A DNA stretch of 64,000 bases from Chara braunii. Lineage: Eukaryota; Plantae; Charophyceae. A program made the translations under genes and the position numbers. Shown here piece by piece: positions 24,717 to 36,119 of this stretch. Below the pieces are notes generated by a model. It had not been told where the DNA came from and searched no databases. It saw nothing but the letters and a program-made list of their open reading frames with translations. How positions within the stretch are numbered: the stretch's first letter is position 1; each line of letters starts with the position of its first letter. Where the stretch lies: NCBI GenBank assembly GCA_003427395.1, contig BFEA01000023.1, positions 4,240,961 through 4,304,960 of the forward strand. The letters are read 5' to 3'.

Positions 24717-26313
24717 TTAAATTAAGCTATGTTCTTCTCTCAATTTCACCTTTCACTACCTGCCTACCACTACTCCTAAGCCTGTACTCCCTCCCAGTAT
24801 AGCTACCTCTTACAATTAAGGGGATGCATGTTGCCCCCCCGTCCTAATCGGCGGTGGTCAGGGAGTAGGGCGAGGCCATCAGCAGGGGGGGGGGCTAAGG
24901 CAAAGACCGGGCATTTTGCCAGTAGCTGTGGCTCCCATCTGCTTCCCCCAACCCCATCGAGTAACAGCAGTGTCGATGCCCAGCACTGTCCCACACATCA
25001 CACACAACCCACACACAGACATACCCACACATCACACACATCACACACAGACATACGCACACCGTGACACCCGTGATGGCCAAAGACTGTAATGAACTGC
25101 TGCAGGCCCACCAAGGGGTGTTTGTTGCTCTGTGCCAGGAGAAGGGGGGGTCCCACCGTCTCGGGCCGAGTGTTGTTCCATTGGACCTCCCTCTCCGATC
25201 TTCTACTTTTTTCGGTGTTTTTTCTTTTGTTGTGTTTTTCGACGTCCTCTCTTCTAGTGCTACACTACTGGTGTTCCTACGGTAGTCATCACTTTCGTGA
25301 GCTGGGGTCCTCTCATCCAGTATCTAGGCTGTCTGAGGAGACTGCAGTGCTGAGCAAGGTTGTGTTCATTTTGCGTTATAATGTCTTCTACTACCTTCTT
25401 CGCCCGAATACAACGTATGGTCATTATAGCTGTATTTAGACTGAAAGATACCCCAGATACAGCTAGAAGGTAGGTGTTCCATAGGATGACAAATGCGGGA
25501 GCTTGGTGAATCTGATATCCGATACTGGTCATCATAACTCTTCCATCTCCCCTCCCTCACGCACACCTATCTTCGTTATGATTGGAAAAGGACCTTTCAC
25601 TCGTATGCACACCTATTCGGGAAGGCCGCCTTTTGTCTGGAAAAAGGTCTGCTTGGATATAGACGTTCCACAAGTGCGAAGAGTTTGATTACGGGGACAG
25701 CGGAATGGGCAGATTTGAAACAGTGAAAGAATACTCCTCACACGATCTGAACACACATGCAGAAGTATACCATAGTAGCTAATGCAATATATTGGAATCG
25801 GAAACAAGCATATCCATCTGATGTACCGGGTTGGCGTATACATGGGAACAAAGATCATTGGGCAGGGCTACCTGCGGCAAGCGATAAATGTTCTTCGTAA
25901 AAAGCAAGGGAGCGGATGCGCCATATTGGGAAGAGCTGGAAAAAACCTTTGGGGAATGGTTTATGCTTTGGAGGGCTAGAGGGAGACCTCTCGGGGCAAA
26001 TCTGTGAGGAGCGCCAACTGAGAATGACGGTGTCACGACTGGAGGACGGTAGTCCTGTGCGTAACAAGTGTTCACAGATTGGACATCGCAGCCTGGTTGG
26101 AATCGAGTTGATTGCCTCATTAGACACACTTGAATCATGAGCTGTAGCTGGTGAGTAGGGAGCACTCAGCACTGCAGGTTTCCAGAGTTATTGCGAATGC
26201 AGAACTTCACAGGGGAAGTGGGGCAAAAGTACAGATTTGGCACATGGGTTAGCACTTGGTCTGTCGCTTGTTTGAGCACAAGGGCTTTTGTATAGGGGGT
26301 GATGGAATATTAT

Positions 26314-26549
26314 CATACTTGCAAGCAGACGGACCGGCTGAGCGTCCGGTCTGGTCCGCTTCGCCGCGTGCGGCACCCTCCCCCCGGACCAGACGGACCC
26401 AGACCGGACCCGACGGGGGCGTTTTTTTTTTTTTTTTTTGGGGTGGGACGTAACTGGTCGTCGGGCGCACATTCGTGCGCCGCGCGGGTCCGGTCCGGCG
26501 GTCTGCCGCACGTGCGGAACCGCCCGGACGGTGTCCGCTTGCAAGTATG
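26314..26549. mobile_element. hAT-type MITE
   Basis: TIR CATACTTGCAAGC / GCTTGCAAGTATG; 8-bp TSD AATATTAT (26306-13 and 26550-57); CGGAC subterminal repeats. Confidence 0.9.
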
Positions 26550-26572
26550 AATATTATGCACTGCAAGATAAC

Positions 26573-26750
26573 CTTTTTAAAGTTTTTTTTCTTTTCTTCT
26601 TTTTTTTTTTTTTCCTCTTTTTTTTCCAGACAACCTGTGCGGGTGCTAGAGGTGGTGGTACAAGCAAACACCTCTAGCAGACCCGGGGATGCTCCATCTA
26701 TTAGTCGGGAGCTTCACCTGCTGGAGAATGGCTCCAGCGTCCCGGATACA
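26573..26750 (-). mobile_element. 3' end of a non-LTR retroelement (stem-loop plus poly(A))
   Basis: Poly(T) on +, then hairpin TGCTAGAGGTG...CACCTCTAGCA and the motif ctccatctatt..gggagcttcacctgctgga...tccagcgtccc. About ten related fragments occur in the window. Confidence 0.8.
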
Positions 26751-26761
26751 GAAGTACTCGG

Positions 26762-26836
26762 ATTTCCAATACCTACAGCGGCTCCAGCTAATGTGATTGT
26801 TGCACAGCCCGCTCCAATTAATTTTGCACCTTCTAG
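26762..26836 (-). pseudogene. atp9: NUMT: mitochondrial atp9 codons 2-26
   Basis: Minus-strand translation [25 protein letters not shown] matches the N-terminus of plant mitochondrial ATP synthase subunit 9 ([26 protein letters not shown]). Absent from the ORF track. Confidence 0.93.
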
Positions 26837-27528
26837 ACTGCAAGATTAACTACCAGTGAGAAATTCGTAATTGTGTTCTACCTTCACATACGTGGAACAT
26901 GCTTTTGGTGTAGCTATCCCGGCCGGGGGAGTTTGGCACATCAAGGGCACCCAACGGATGGATGATATGGGCAGTATATGTTCCGTTCAACCACCGGTAT
27001 CCCACCCACACATCGGCCTCGGGCTCATCAGCACGACTTTCAGAGGCCTGAATCGCGACAACGGCCGCCGATGAGGTTTATCAACGGCGGCCTGGCCCTG
27101 AAAGTTGCGGCCGTTGACGAGCCGCATCTCTGAAAAGTAGCTGGGAAATTAAGCACTCTCCACAGTCCCTCTGACCGTGCCGAGACTTTTGCCACCACTG
27201 GACATTCTGAAGGGACAATGCCGCGGAGGCGATTGGCCATGTTGGCTGTGCGAGTTGCGTGCTGCAGCGTCATCTCTGTGGTTGATGAACCAAAGCTATG
27301 TTTGTAGCCTTTCGGCATCGGTTGTGTTAGTGCAGTGGAGCCACACCCGTCGCTCATTGAGGGAGAAAGGAGAGACTCCTAGGATGTAAAGGAGTATCAG
27401 AGTCGTTGCTGGCAAGCCTGTCATGTGAATGGGGAGAAGGTGGCCAGCAGGAGAGGCACTCTTTTTGTGGGCCCTTGCCAACTCGACACTGGTTTGCTGC
27501 ACATAACAAAAGGGCTTGAACATGTCAA

Positions 27529-27754
27529 ACCACCAGTACCTTGCTCAGCTATCAAGTCTGAGCCTGTTCCGACCAGGATGCTGGAGCCTTGCCGAGCCTG
27601 GAGGTACTGGTAGTAGGACACGGCTTCTTTCGTTACCAAAAATAATTAAAGAAAAAAATAGAAAAAACGAAGGAACAATCAAAATACTTCTTCTTCATAA
27701 AAAAAAAAGGACAAGGAAAATCAAACCACAAAATGGGTTCTGCCTCTAAAACGC

Positions 27755-27820
<66 letters not shown>

Positions 27821-28044
27821 CATGCGGCCCGCTACTCTCCCCAGGTGCAAAGCGGCCCGCTACTCTCCCCATGTGCAAACCAGAATGAATCTTTCCGCCC
27901 TCTCGTCAAAGACTTGTTCTCATCTTGCAAATGTCGAGAGTAGTGGGCCATGCACGCCACTCTCTAAATGTACAAAACGAGAATGGATCTTCCTGCCCTC
28001 TTGCAGAAGATTCATTCTCATTTCGCACATTTGTCTCCGTGCAC

Positions 28045-28088
<44 letters not shown>

Positions 28089-28128
28089 CTCCGCCACATA
28101 TTTGGTTTTCAAGCGGGGAAAGCTACTG

Positions 28129-28184
<56 letters not shown>

Positions 28185-28250
28185 ATTTGAGTGTGTTTGA
28201 GTGTTCTCTGCCACGTATTTGGTTTCCAAGTGGGGAAAGGTACTGGTGGT
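27529..28250. mobile_element. Long TTAA-MITE-family copy containing microsatellites
   Basis: ACCACCAGTACCTT at the left and AAGGTACTGGTGGT at the right. Internal agaatgaatct motifs are shared with 9386-10065. Confidence 0.6.
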
Positions 28251-28909
28251 TTACATGTTGTGGACAATTAATGTTGTGGACAATTAATGCTGGCACAAGT
28301 CCAGTGTGAGTTGTGTCAAGGGAGAATCTACCTTTTCTTGATCCAAATGCTCCCATGTGTGACTGCATGAATAAATTGACCAGTATTTTTTACGCGCCTC
28401 AAATTTATGTTTACACATCAGTGGCGGAGCTTGATGCCGAGTATGGACATGGCCTGTCACACGAACGTCTTTAGCAGCGCAAGCTGTCATTTTGGTGCTC
28501 AATGTAACTGTCTGTGCGGTGCTGCCCTTTCCCAAAGACGTCTTTGGCACTATCTGATCTGGTTATCAACTTAGCCCAGCTATTAACGAATTGTTAAAGT
28601 GGATGAGGGCAAATTAAGCGCTTCTGAAGTTCTGAACCTATTGACTGAGTGATTTTGTATTATTATGGTTAAACCGTTAAACGATAAAGTGGTTAAACGA
28701 TAACGTCTTCGGCACTATCTGAGTATTGTTATGGTTAAACGATAACGTTGGTGTCCGTCATTTGGTTGGTCATCGTTTCTGTCAAAATCAATTGAGCAAA
28801 AGACTGGGCTGGCTAGCTCAGAGAAGCGGATGTGTTCATATCCACCTGATCCTAACATCGTCAGCCAAACAGAACACCCAGTCGTCATAGCTGCATTTGA
28901 GGCAACTTT

Positions 28910-29010
28910 TCACCCAAATAGAACGCCCAGTCATCATAGCCGCATTTGGGGCAACTTTCAGTCTAGATGCAGCAATAATGACCGGGCGTTCTATTTGGGT
29001 GAGGACGGTA
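28910..29010. mobile_element. Small hairpin MITE (pogo/Tc2-like), best copy
   Basis: tcacccaaatagaacgccc.gtcat...atgac.gggcgttctatttgggtga folds into a near-complete hairpin and ends GACGG|TA. Relatives at ~14605, 25390, 35390, 36650 and 48348. Confidence 0.7.
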
Positions 29011-29077
29011 GGACTGACCCAATGGAGCCAATACGCTCCAACAATTGACTCAGAGGATAGCTGTAGGGTTTTTGGGG

Positions 29078-29125
<48 letters not shown>

Positions 29126-29374
29126 ACGTATGATGGAGGTCTTGCGGAGGTGGATTCCCCCTGCGTGCCAAGCTTTGCAGAGCAGCAGAGGTGTGCCAGC
29201 ACGGCATTTTTTCCTTTTTTATGGCTGGCACTGTTGGCCATGGGGGTCCGGCAGGTTCTAGCCTTTGAAGAACGTGGAATGTTGCATTTTTGATTCTCGA
29301 CGTCGCCTGGCAAGGTGTATGAGAGGGAATCATGAGCAATGTGAAAGGGCGTGCCTAGAGTCCAATGATTCTAA

Positions 29375-29822
29375 GGCTTGGATCCCGTAATGCGCAGTGA
29401 AGGTACTTTTGGTCGGAAACGGGGATCCCACATGGTACCGGGTGCACTGGGTCTGGAAATAGAATCGGCGGTTTCTCTCTTCCGTTGTGTGCGTGTCAGC
29501 ACAGCCGCAACCGAAGCCGCGTTGCGATAAAGAAAATCTGAAAGCTGGCCACCTCCTGCCCTTCCCCCTAAAAGTTGGTCGTTTTTCATGAATTTCTACT
29601 TTTTTTTATTTTTTTGGCCGCCTTGGTCTGGCTATTGGTCGACAGCTCCTCTGGACCTGTGCTCACCCACGGAATATGGCCTGTGTAATCGGAAATGCCC
29701 TAGACTGTCAGGCCACTGGGATGCGAAAAACTTTTTACGTGCAGTTTGGCCAGGAGTCCGGGACCCAATTTTCAAGGGACTTTTCCAATTTGTTGTTAAA
29801 AGCAGCGCGTGGGATCCAAGCC
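29375..29822. mobile_element. Tourist/PIF-Harbinger MITE
   Basis: TIR GGCTTGGATCCC / GGGATCCAAGCC with 3-bp TSD TAA on both sides. Confidence 0.85.
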
Positions 29823-30012
29823 TAAGTGCTACGGATGTCCAACTGTGAGCCGGTCGTACTGCATCATTGTCACGGGAACCCGTATGGGCCTGGCCGTTGG
29901 TGGTGTGCGTGTCAGGTATTTCATCAGCTGATATTAAACCAGGCTTGTCCCTGGGCCCTTTGTCAAACCTGGCTTTTCCTGAGCTACATTGGAGCCATCA
30001 GTGGCATGGTCC

Positions 30013-30159
30013 ATAAGGGAATGTATTAATAAGTTCTCCATCTGGTCCTATACCCCATCCTAAAGTAGCTAAATGAGGTAATAAAATAAGACCCTGTTCA
30101 TACATAGGTTGTTCTGGCACAAAGTGAGCTACTTCAAACAAATTCATTGCTCTAGCCCA
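30013..30159 (-). pseudogene. psbC: NUPT: plastid psbC (CP43) fragment
   Basis: Minus-strand translation [49 protein letters not shown] matches CP43 [49 protein letters not shown]. Absent from the ORF track. Confidence 0.96.
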
Positions 30160-30662
30160 TTCTCATTTTGGAATAGGCTTGTATAGCATCTGTGGGGGTC
30201 TTGAGGCCTCGTCTGGACTGCTACTGGAGCATCTCGTGAGATACCTAAAAAAGAATCTAAACTCGCCTTGATGATTCATCCATTGCAGGCCCTTCATTTC
30301 TTCTGTTGGAGGGAGGGGGAGGTGGAGGGGGAGGTGTCTCCACATTCCACCAACCCTCTGTTTTCTTCCAGTTGATCTGCATTTCAGCTGCCAGCGGGGG
30401 AGGTGTCTCCACATTCCACCAACCCTCTGTTTTCTTCCAGTTGATCGGCATTTCAGCTGCCAGCTGGAACACCTGCATTGCTCTTGTTAGTGCCTGAAAG
30501 GTCAAATCAGAGCCCCTGAGTACTTTCTAAAGTCCCCGTTGCCGAGCCACAATTTCAGGAAACGAACGTGCCACACAGGAACGCCCAAATTAATCCAATG
30601 AGAAACGTCTCTACTCTATTTCTTTGTGCGGCCGGTGGTTGCGCCAAGTACTGGTGGTTTAA

Positions 30663-30905
30663 GAAGTCCTCTGCAAACTTGCAAAGAGCATAACTGTTGG
30701 GGTGCATATATATTTCTATTGTTTCCTGTATCCAAGGCCTGTAGTCTTTCAATTGAGGGATCGTTTCTTAGAAAGGCTGCTATTGATTCCATCACAAATA
30801 GGATGGTAGGGGCGACAAGGGGATCCCCTTGCCTGATGGATCTGGTCCTAAAACTTGCAAACATTCCAGTAATGATGGACCGAGGACGTTCTATTATTAA
30901 TTGAG
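30663..30905 (-). mobile_element. LINE reverse-transcriptase fragment
   Basis: RSIRQGDPL...LFVME is the RT subdomain-4 QGxPL motif. Confidence 0.7.
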
Positions 30906-30948
30906 CTTCTATAGTGAACCAAAATGTAAATATATAATATACCCTATT

Positions 30949-31071
30949 ATACCTTTCTCGGCCTTTTGGCTAAGATCAAGTGTAGTATCTGTTCTGATCA
31001 GTTTGATATCTGATCTGTGGTCCATCGGTATCGGTTCTGATCAGTTCATTATCTGATCCGTGGTCCATTGG
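30949..31071 (+). pseudogene. U2: U2 snRNA 5' fragment (~80 nt) with ~44-bp tandem duplication
   Basis: ATACCTTTCTCGGCCTTTTGGCTAAGATCAAGTGTAGTATCTGTTC is the plant U2 5' end with the branch-point recognition sequence GTAGTA. Sm site and 3' stem-loops are absent. Confidence 0.93.
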
Positions 31072-32179
31072 GCCTTGGCTGCTTCCAAGCCCACCTCCTG
31101 GTTGTAATTGCTCGATCACTTCCTTTCCCACTAAGTGATTGCTTTAGGACCTTAGCGTACGATCTGGGCTAGAAAAAAAAAAAAAAAAAGTACATATTCC
31201 AGGACCCTTGTAGTTACGCACCGCATGGAGGTTTCAATGTTATGGTGTGTTGAATAGTACTTCACCGATAATGGCAAAGTTAAATCCTGAATGTCACTTC
31301 CTTTTTTTTTTTTTCCAAAATATCGGGGCAGCGTCACTTGGGGGGGGTGATAAGAGCATCCTCCCCTGGTGCGCGATCTGGTTGTTCCATTCTATTGGTG
31401 GGGAGCTCCACCTGCTGGAAAACGGGTCCAGCGTCCCAAATGTACAATTGAGGAGAAGTAAGACAAGAGTAAGGTCAGTCTTGGCCGCCAGCACTAACTG
31501 CCCCGGCAAAGCCGGGGGGTTCACTGTGCAGCTGATCATCACAAGATTCTGTCCTGTCCAACCAGTGCTGTATTGCCGTTGGTGCCGTCAGAGTGGTGCC
31601 CGCCGCCTGGTCTCCGGAGGGGCACTGGAGGCCGGGCTGCTCTGCAGCTTGTCCTTAGGGCCGTGTGAGCTCAGGGTACGGGGGGGAATGAGATGTGTGG
31701 AAACTGTAGGGAAAAGGTTTGAAAATCAAAATCGGAGAACAGAAAGGTGCGACCTTCATATCATCAAGGGGGGGCCGAGGCAGACAACACTAGAGGGTAC
31801 CCATCAACTGGCTGTCAGTCTGTCATTTTCTCAACCAGGGCGAGCGGGTGTGGTGGGAAGGGGTCCAAAAAAAGTCGGATGGGGGGCGCAGTGTTGGGGT
31901 CTATAGTCGTTTCGTCATTTAAAATAAGGCGGTAATCCCTGCACTCCGCCAGCTCCCCTGGCTGCACATCGTCCTTGTCCCCCCCCCAACTCCACTTTCG
32001 CTATCCATCCTCCCCTACTATTCCTAACCATTCTTTACAAAAGGAGGGGAGAGTGCTCACCTGATATCCTTATTTGTCCGAAAGAGGTCCAGCAGTTGGG
32101 GTTTCAGCACCTGCCATCTTCTCATAATTTTATTAATTAATTTAATTTAATTAATTAATTAATTTATTTATTTGCTGTT

Positions 32180-32640
32180 GGATCTGTTCGGTTACCATGA
32201 TGAGGAGGCGCGGTTGCCACCAGAGCCCCCACAATACTGCTCTCTGGCCCAAATTCCGCCCAATAATCCCCAATTTAAAATTTAAACATATTCTCCACGA
32301 AATCAGGTGCCTCCTGGGCCTGTGGCCAAAACACTGAGGATGGCCGGCGATGACCCTGGCCATGGCAGGTCAGGGATCGTCTTTCTCCATATCCTGTCCC
32401 ACCAGCGCCGTGTAAGTTGCACCGTGGGACATTGCATGAACATGTGCTCGATGGTTTCTGCCCTCTTGCTTGCAGGGAAGCCCTGCAAGCATCGTGGGCA
32501 CCACGGTAGGGCCTGTACTCTGAGCTCACTTCTTTTTTTCTTATTCCTTTTCTTTTTTTTTTTTTTCCTGAGCTCGCTTCTTCTCTCCTGAACGCCAGTT
32601 AGTTTTTCAAACCTGAGCACTTTTAAGTGGCACACCTGCG
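32180..32640 (-). mobile_element. LINE ORF2 C-terminal zinc-finger (zf-RVT-like) fragment
   Basis: CPRC...AETIEHMFMQCP...WWDRIW, a CCHC motif typical of L1/Tx1 ORF2. Confidence 0.75.
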
Positions 32641-33669
32641 GTGAGGTCCCACTTACCTGAATTCTGTGGTTAGTACTGGTTACTGCATTTCCTCCTTGTA
32701 ATTTATAGTCAGAAATGAGCCAGAGCAGATGCGAAGCGTGCGATCTATGATCTATCACAAAAGTCACTGGGTTTAGGCCCTTTAGGGTGTCGGAGTGACT
32801 TGTCACTTCGCAAACTGCAGATACTATGTGAATGCAGAAGTTCAACCACTGCTGCTAATCCCTCTACCCCTAAGTTTTCGGCCATTAAACGGCCCGCACA
32901 TCGCGCAGGCGAACTTGAAAATCGACATTGAGCCAATCCGAAAATGTCGGGGGCTCAGGCCTACCCCAGACCACAATGGCTGCTGGTGCCAGCCCCCCCA
33001 AAAAAAGAAGGTGCACCGCTGGCGGTCTGGTAAAGCTTGGCACGCAGAGTGCATCCGCTATCCCTTCAGATGTACTGGTCCCTTAACACGGAGGTTGTGC
33101 TCTTGATATATAAGCCTATGACAGTTAGGCTGGTGTCTGCAGTAACCGGTGCTAGAGTGAAGTCGGATGAGTACGGTGATTCAAGGCAAAGGGGGGAAAA
33201 TTTCCGGAAAAAAAAAAGACGGCATCGTGTTAATGTTAATGTTGATGAATTCAAATTAGTCTTTGGCACAAAGATGTATAAATGAATTTGTGAAGCTGTG
33301 CTAGAAGAATATTTATTATTTATATTTCTGCCAATTTTCTGGTATTTAAACCACCATGGGTCCACCAGTGCCTCCAAAAGTCGTGGCGGTTAGTGCCTCC
33401 AAAAGTCGCGGCGGTTAGCAAGTTCAAGTTCCTGCAACAATGATGAATGAATGGGCCACTACCAGAGCGTCCAAGTTCATCCGACTTGAAACGCTTCTAC
33501 TTGTTTTTTTTCCCCGGGCGATATATGGGAAAGGTACGGGTGGTTTAAGACGATTACCCTTTGGGTCAAAGACTAACCAAAATAAATTCAATTAGCCGGT
33601 CGGGTTTGCCTTCTGCCATGCTTCTGCTCATGGGCTTGTTGTCAATTGGCTGGAAATTAGAGTAGGACT

Positions 33670-33871
33670 TCATTTTTGCCTCGCTTTGTCCTTTTCTTTT
33701 CTTTTCTTTTCATCTTAAAAAGGGCGGCGGACTTGAGATATCATCATTGAACTGAGCGGACCCAGGCAGAGCAGATTCTGCAGAATGATTTTAGTCTGTT
33801 CATCTGATCGTATGTGGATTCGAACTTGCGTCTGTATTTCAACAGTTCATGGGTATACCAACTGAGCTATG
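33670..33871 (-). mobile_element. tRNA-derived SINE (family A)
   Basis: Minus strand TAGCTCAGTTGG...atgaactgttgaaatacagac...GTTCGAATCC and body ttcaatgatgatatctcaag, shared with 502-668. Confidence 0.8.
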
Positions 33872-33961
33872 CTGGTTGTCCTGTGGTTCTGCTATGGTAC
33901 TTGGGTTTGCCTTTGCCTTGTCCCATGGTTCTACTGCGAATCTGTGCCTCGTACCATGCAG

Positions 33962-34073
33962 GTTGTTCAATTTCGCCGTAGGCATTGGCATCCATCTTCT
34001 ATTCCAAGAAGGCGTGTGGAGACCAAAGAAGTGTGGCATTATAAACCCGAAAGAAGACCATATCTCATTTCAG
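33962..34073 (+). CDS. Internal exon of a VOC / glyoxalase-I-like (lactoylglutathione lyase family) gene
   Basis: cag|G TTG TTC ... TTT CAG|gtaagg encodes (W)LFNFAVGIGIHLL...INPKEDHISFQ. This matches plant GLYI-like WLFNYGIGIHLL...INPKDNHISFQ with the expected intron phases. Confidence 0.9.
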
Positions 34074-34140
34074 GTAAGGAACTAGTCAATTTGTTTTCTT
34101 CTGTTCTTTTATTCTTTGTTGTCCCTGCTATTCAGTGTTG

Positions 34141-34291
34141 AGTGGTATTAAAATTTCGATCAGTTAATAGCATAGTAATAGCACCTGCTAATACTGGAAG
34201 TGACAATAAAAGCAGGAAAGCTGTAATTAGCACATACCAAACAAATAGAGGTAATCTATGCATGGTCATTCCTGGGCCAGGGATGTTAAAA
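34141..34291 (-). pseudogene. cox1: NUMT: mitochondrial cox1 fragment in the intron
   Basis: [50 protein letters not shown] matches plant Cox1 (approx. residues 173-222). Confidence 0.96.
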
Positions 34292-34299
34292 TGAGTCGT

Positions 34300-34930
34300 A
34301 ACCCCCGCGCCCCCCCCATTTTGCCGCCTTTTTCCCTCCCCATCGCCACCACCTCCCCTCCCAATTGTGATCACCTCTGCTTCACCACGCCTCCACTACG
34401 TATGGCCACCACCTCCGCTTTATTGTGACCCTCTTCCGTCCCCATTGCAACCCTGTCCCCTGCCAGCCACGACCTCCCGCCCGCCCCCCATGGCCACCAC
34501 CACCCCTCCCAATCACGACCTCCTCTCCTTCCCGTCATGACCTCTTCCCCTCCCCATTGCGACTCCCCTTATCCCCTCCCCATTGCGACTCCCCTTATCC
34601 CCTCCCCATCACGACCTCCTCCCCTCCGCACTGCACAGCCTCTCCTCCCCGTCAGCATCTCCTTCCCTTCTATCACCACCTCCTCCGCTCCCCATCGTGA
34701 CCTTCTTCCTTCCCCATCGCCACCTTCGCCCCTCGCCATCACGACCTTCTTCCCGATTGCCACCGCCTGTCCTCCTTGCCACCTTCTCACCTCCCCATCG
34801 TCACCTTCTTCCGCTACCATCGCCACTGTCTTCCTTCCCTATCGCCACAACCCCTCCCCACCGGATAGCCACCATCTCCCCTCCACATAACCACCACCTC
34901 CCCTCCTGATACCCACCAGCCCCCAAACCC
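34300..34930. repeat. Pyrimidine-rich low-complexity degenerate repeat
   Basis: Recurrent cctccccat(c/t)gc(c/g)acc units with strong C/T skew. Confidence 0.85.
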
Positions 34931-36119
34931 AGCCTGGCACGGCAGAACCGGCGGCGTTGTGGTCCAGCCCTGGTTCTTAGGGGTCTATGCTTGTGTATCC
35001 TAATTCTCCTTTTCACAATCTGTAAATCTCCCGCACTTGTCCCCACTATTTCACGCCGGCCTGCCGGTTAGCATAGGGTCTTGGAAGGGCTTGGCCTATT
35101 TTAAAATGGCTGGCGCTGCCCAGTAGGCCTTGCCGTGGCGACAGTTTGGAATGTGGAGGTCTTCTCCCTCACCTCTGGGGTTCCGCACTGACTCAAGGCT
35201 ACCCCACTTCTTCTCCGTCTTGTCTGAAAGTGAGTAACTGGTTCAGCCATGGAGTTATATATGGGCAGGCTCGGCAGCGGCCAAGCTCCTCCTCATCTGG
35301 TAGCTCCAGGCCCTTCCTGACTTGCTTTCCAGGCCTTCTGGCCTTGCCAGATGGCAGGAATCATTGCAGACTCTAAGCTCCTCTGGACCCGAATACAACG
35401 TACGGTCACTGTAGCTGTCTTTGGGGCAACTTTGAGTCTAGACTCTAGATACACAGCAATAATGACCGTACTAAGTGCCTGACCTCATTTACGCCTGGGC
35501 TTATATGCATCTGGCCGCAATTCCATCCTGCACTAATGTCCCTGACAACATTTACAGCTGGACTTATATGCATCTGGCCGCAATTCCGTCCAGAAACAAG
35601 TAAAGAAGTGCTAGTTTGAGTATGCCGAAAGTTCGGTCCTCTTACATCATTATACCTACTGGTAAGCCTGCTGGACTAAGTTCGGTCTCTCCAAGCTGCT
35701 GGAAAATCTCTACTGGGTCTCTCCAAGTTTCATATCTACCCGTCCATCCTACGAGATAACCTGAAAGTCCTGCCACTGAATTTGGTACTGTGCCTGTATC
35801 TAGAGATTCTAGACCTGTTTTCACAATTTTTCAGCACTATTCGGCGTGAGACATGCAACCAAAGACTGTCAAAGAGTTAGTAGTAACTTAGTACACAAAC
35901 ACATGCAGTTGACCCCGGGGCTTATCAGAAGGATTCATTCAAGCGCAAACACTTCAGACATGGAAATTTCAGCACGGTCACGTCCGTCAGGGAAAAAAAA
36001 AAAAGTGCAAAGCTCTCACTAATGTGTGCTCATCATTTGAAATTAGAGTAGGATTTTCAGCACTCTCAGAAAATCATCGATGTGAACCGTGACATGTGAC
36101 AACTAGTTAACAGAGCGCC

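Noticed and set aside
34425-34909. Pro/Ser/His-rich extensin-like ORFs
   Set aside because: Products of C/T-rich low-complexity DNA within an intron.
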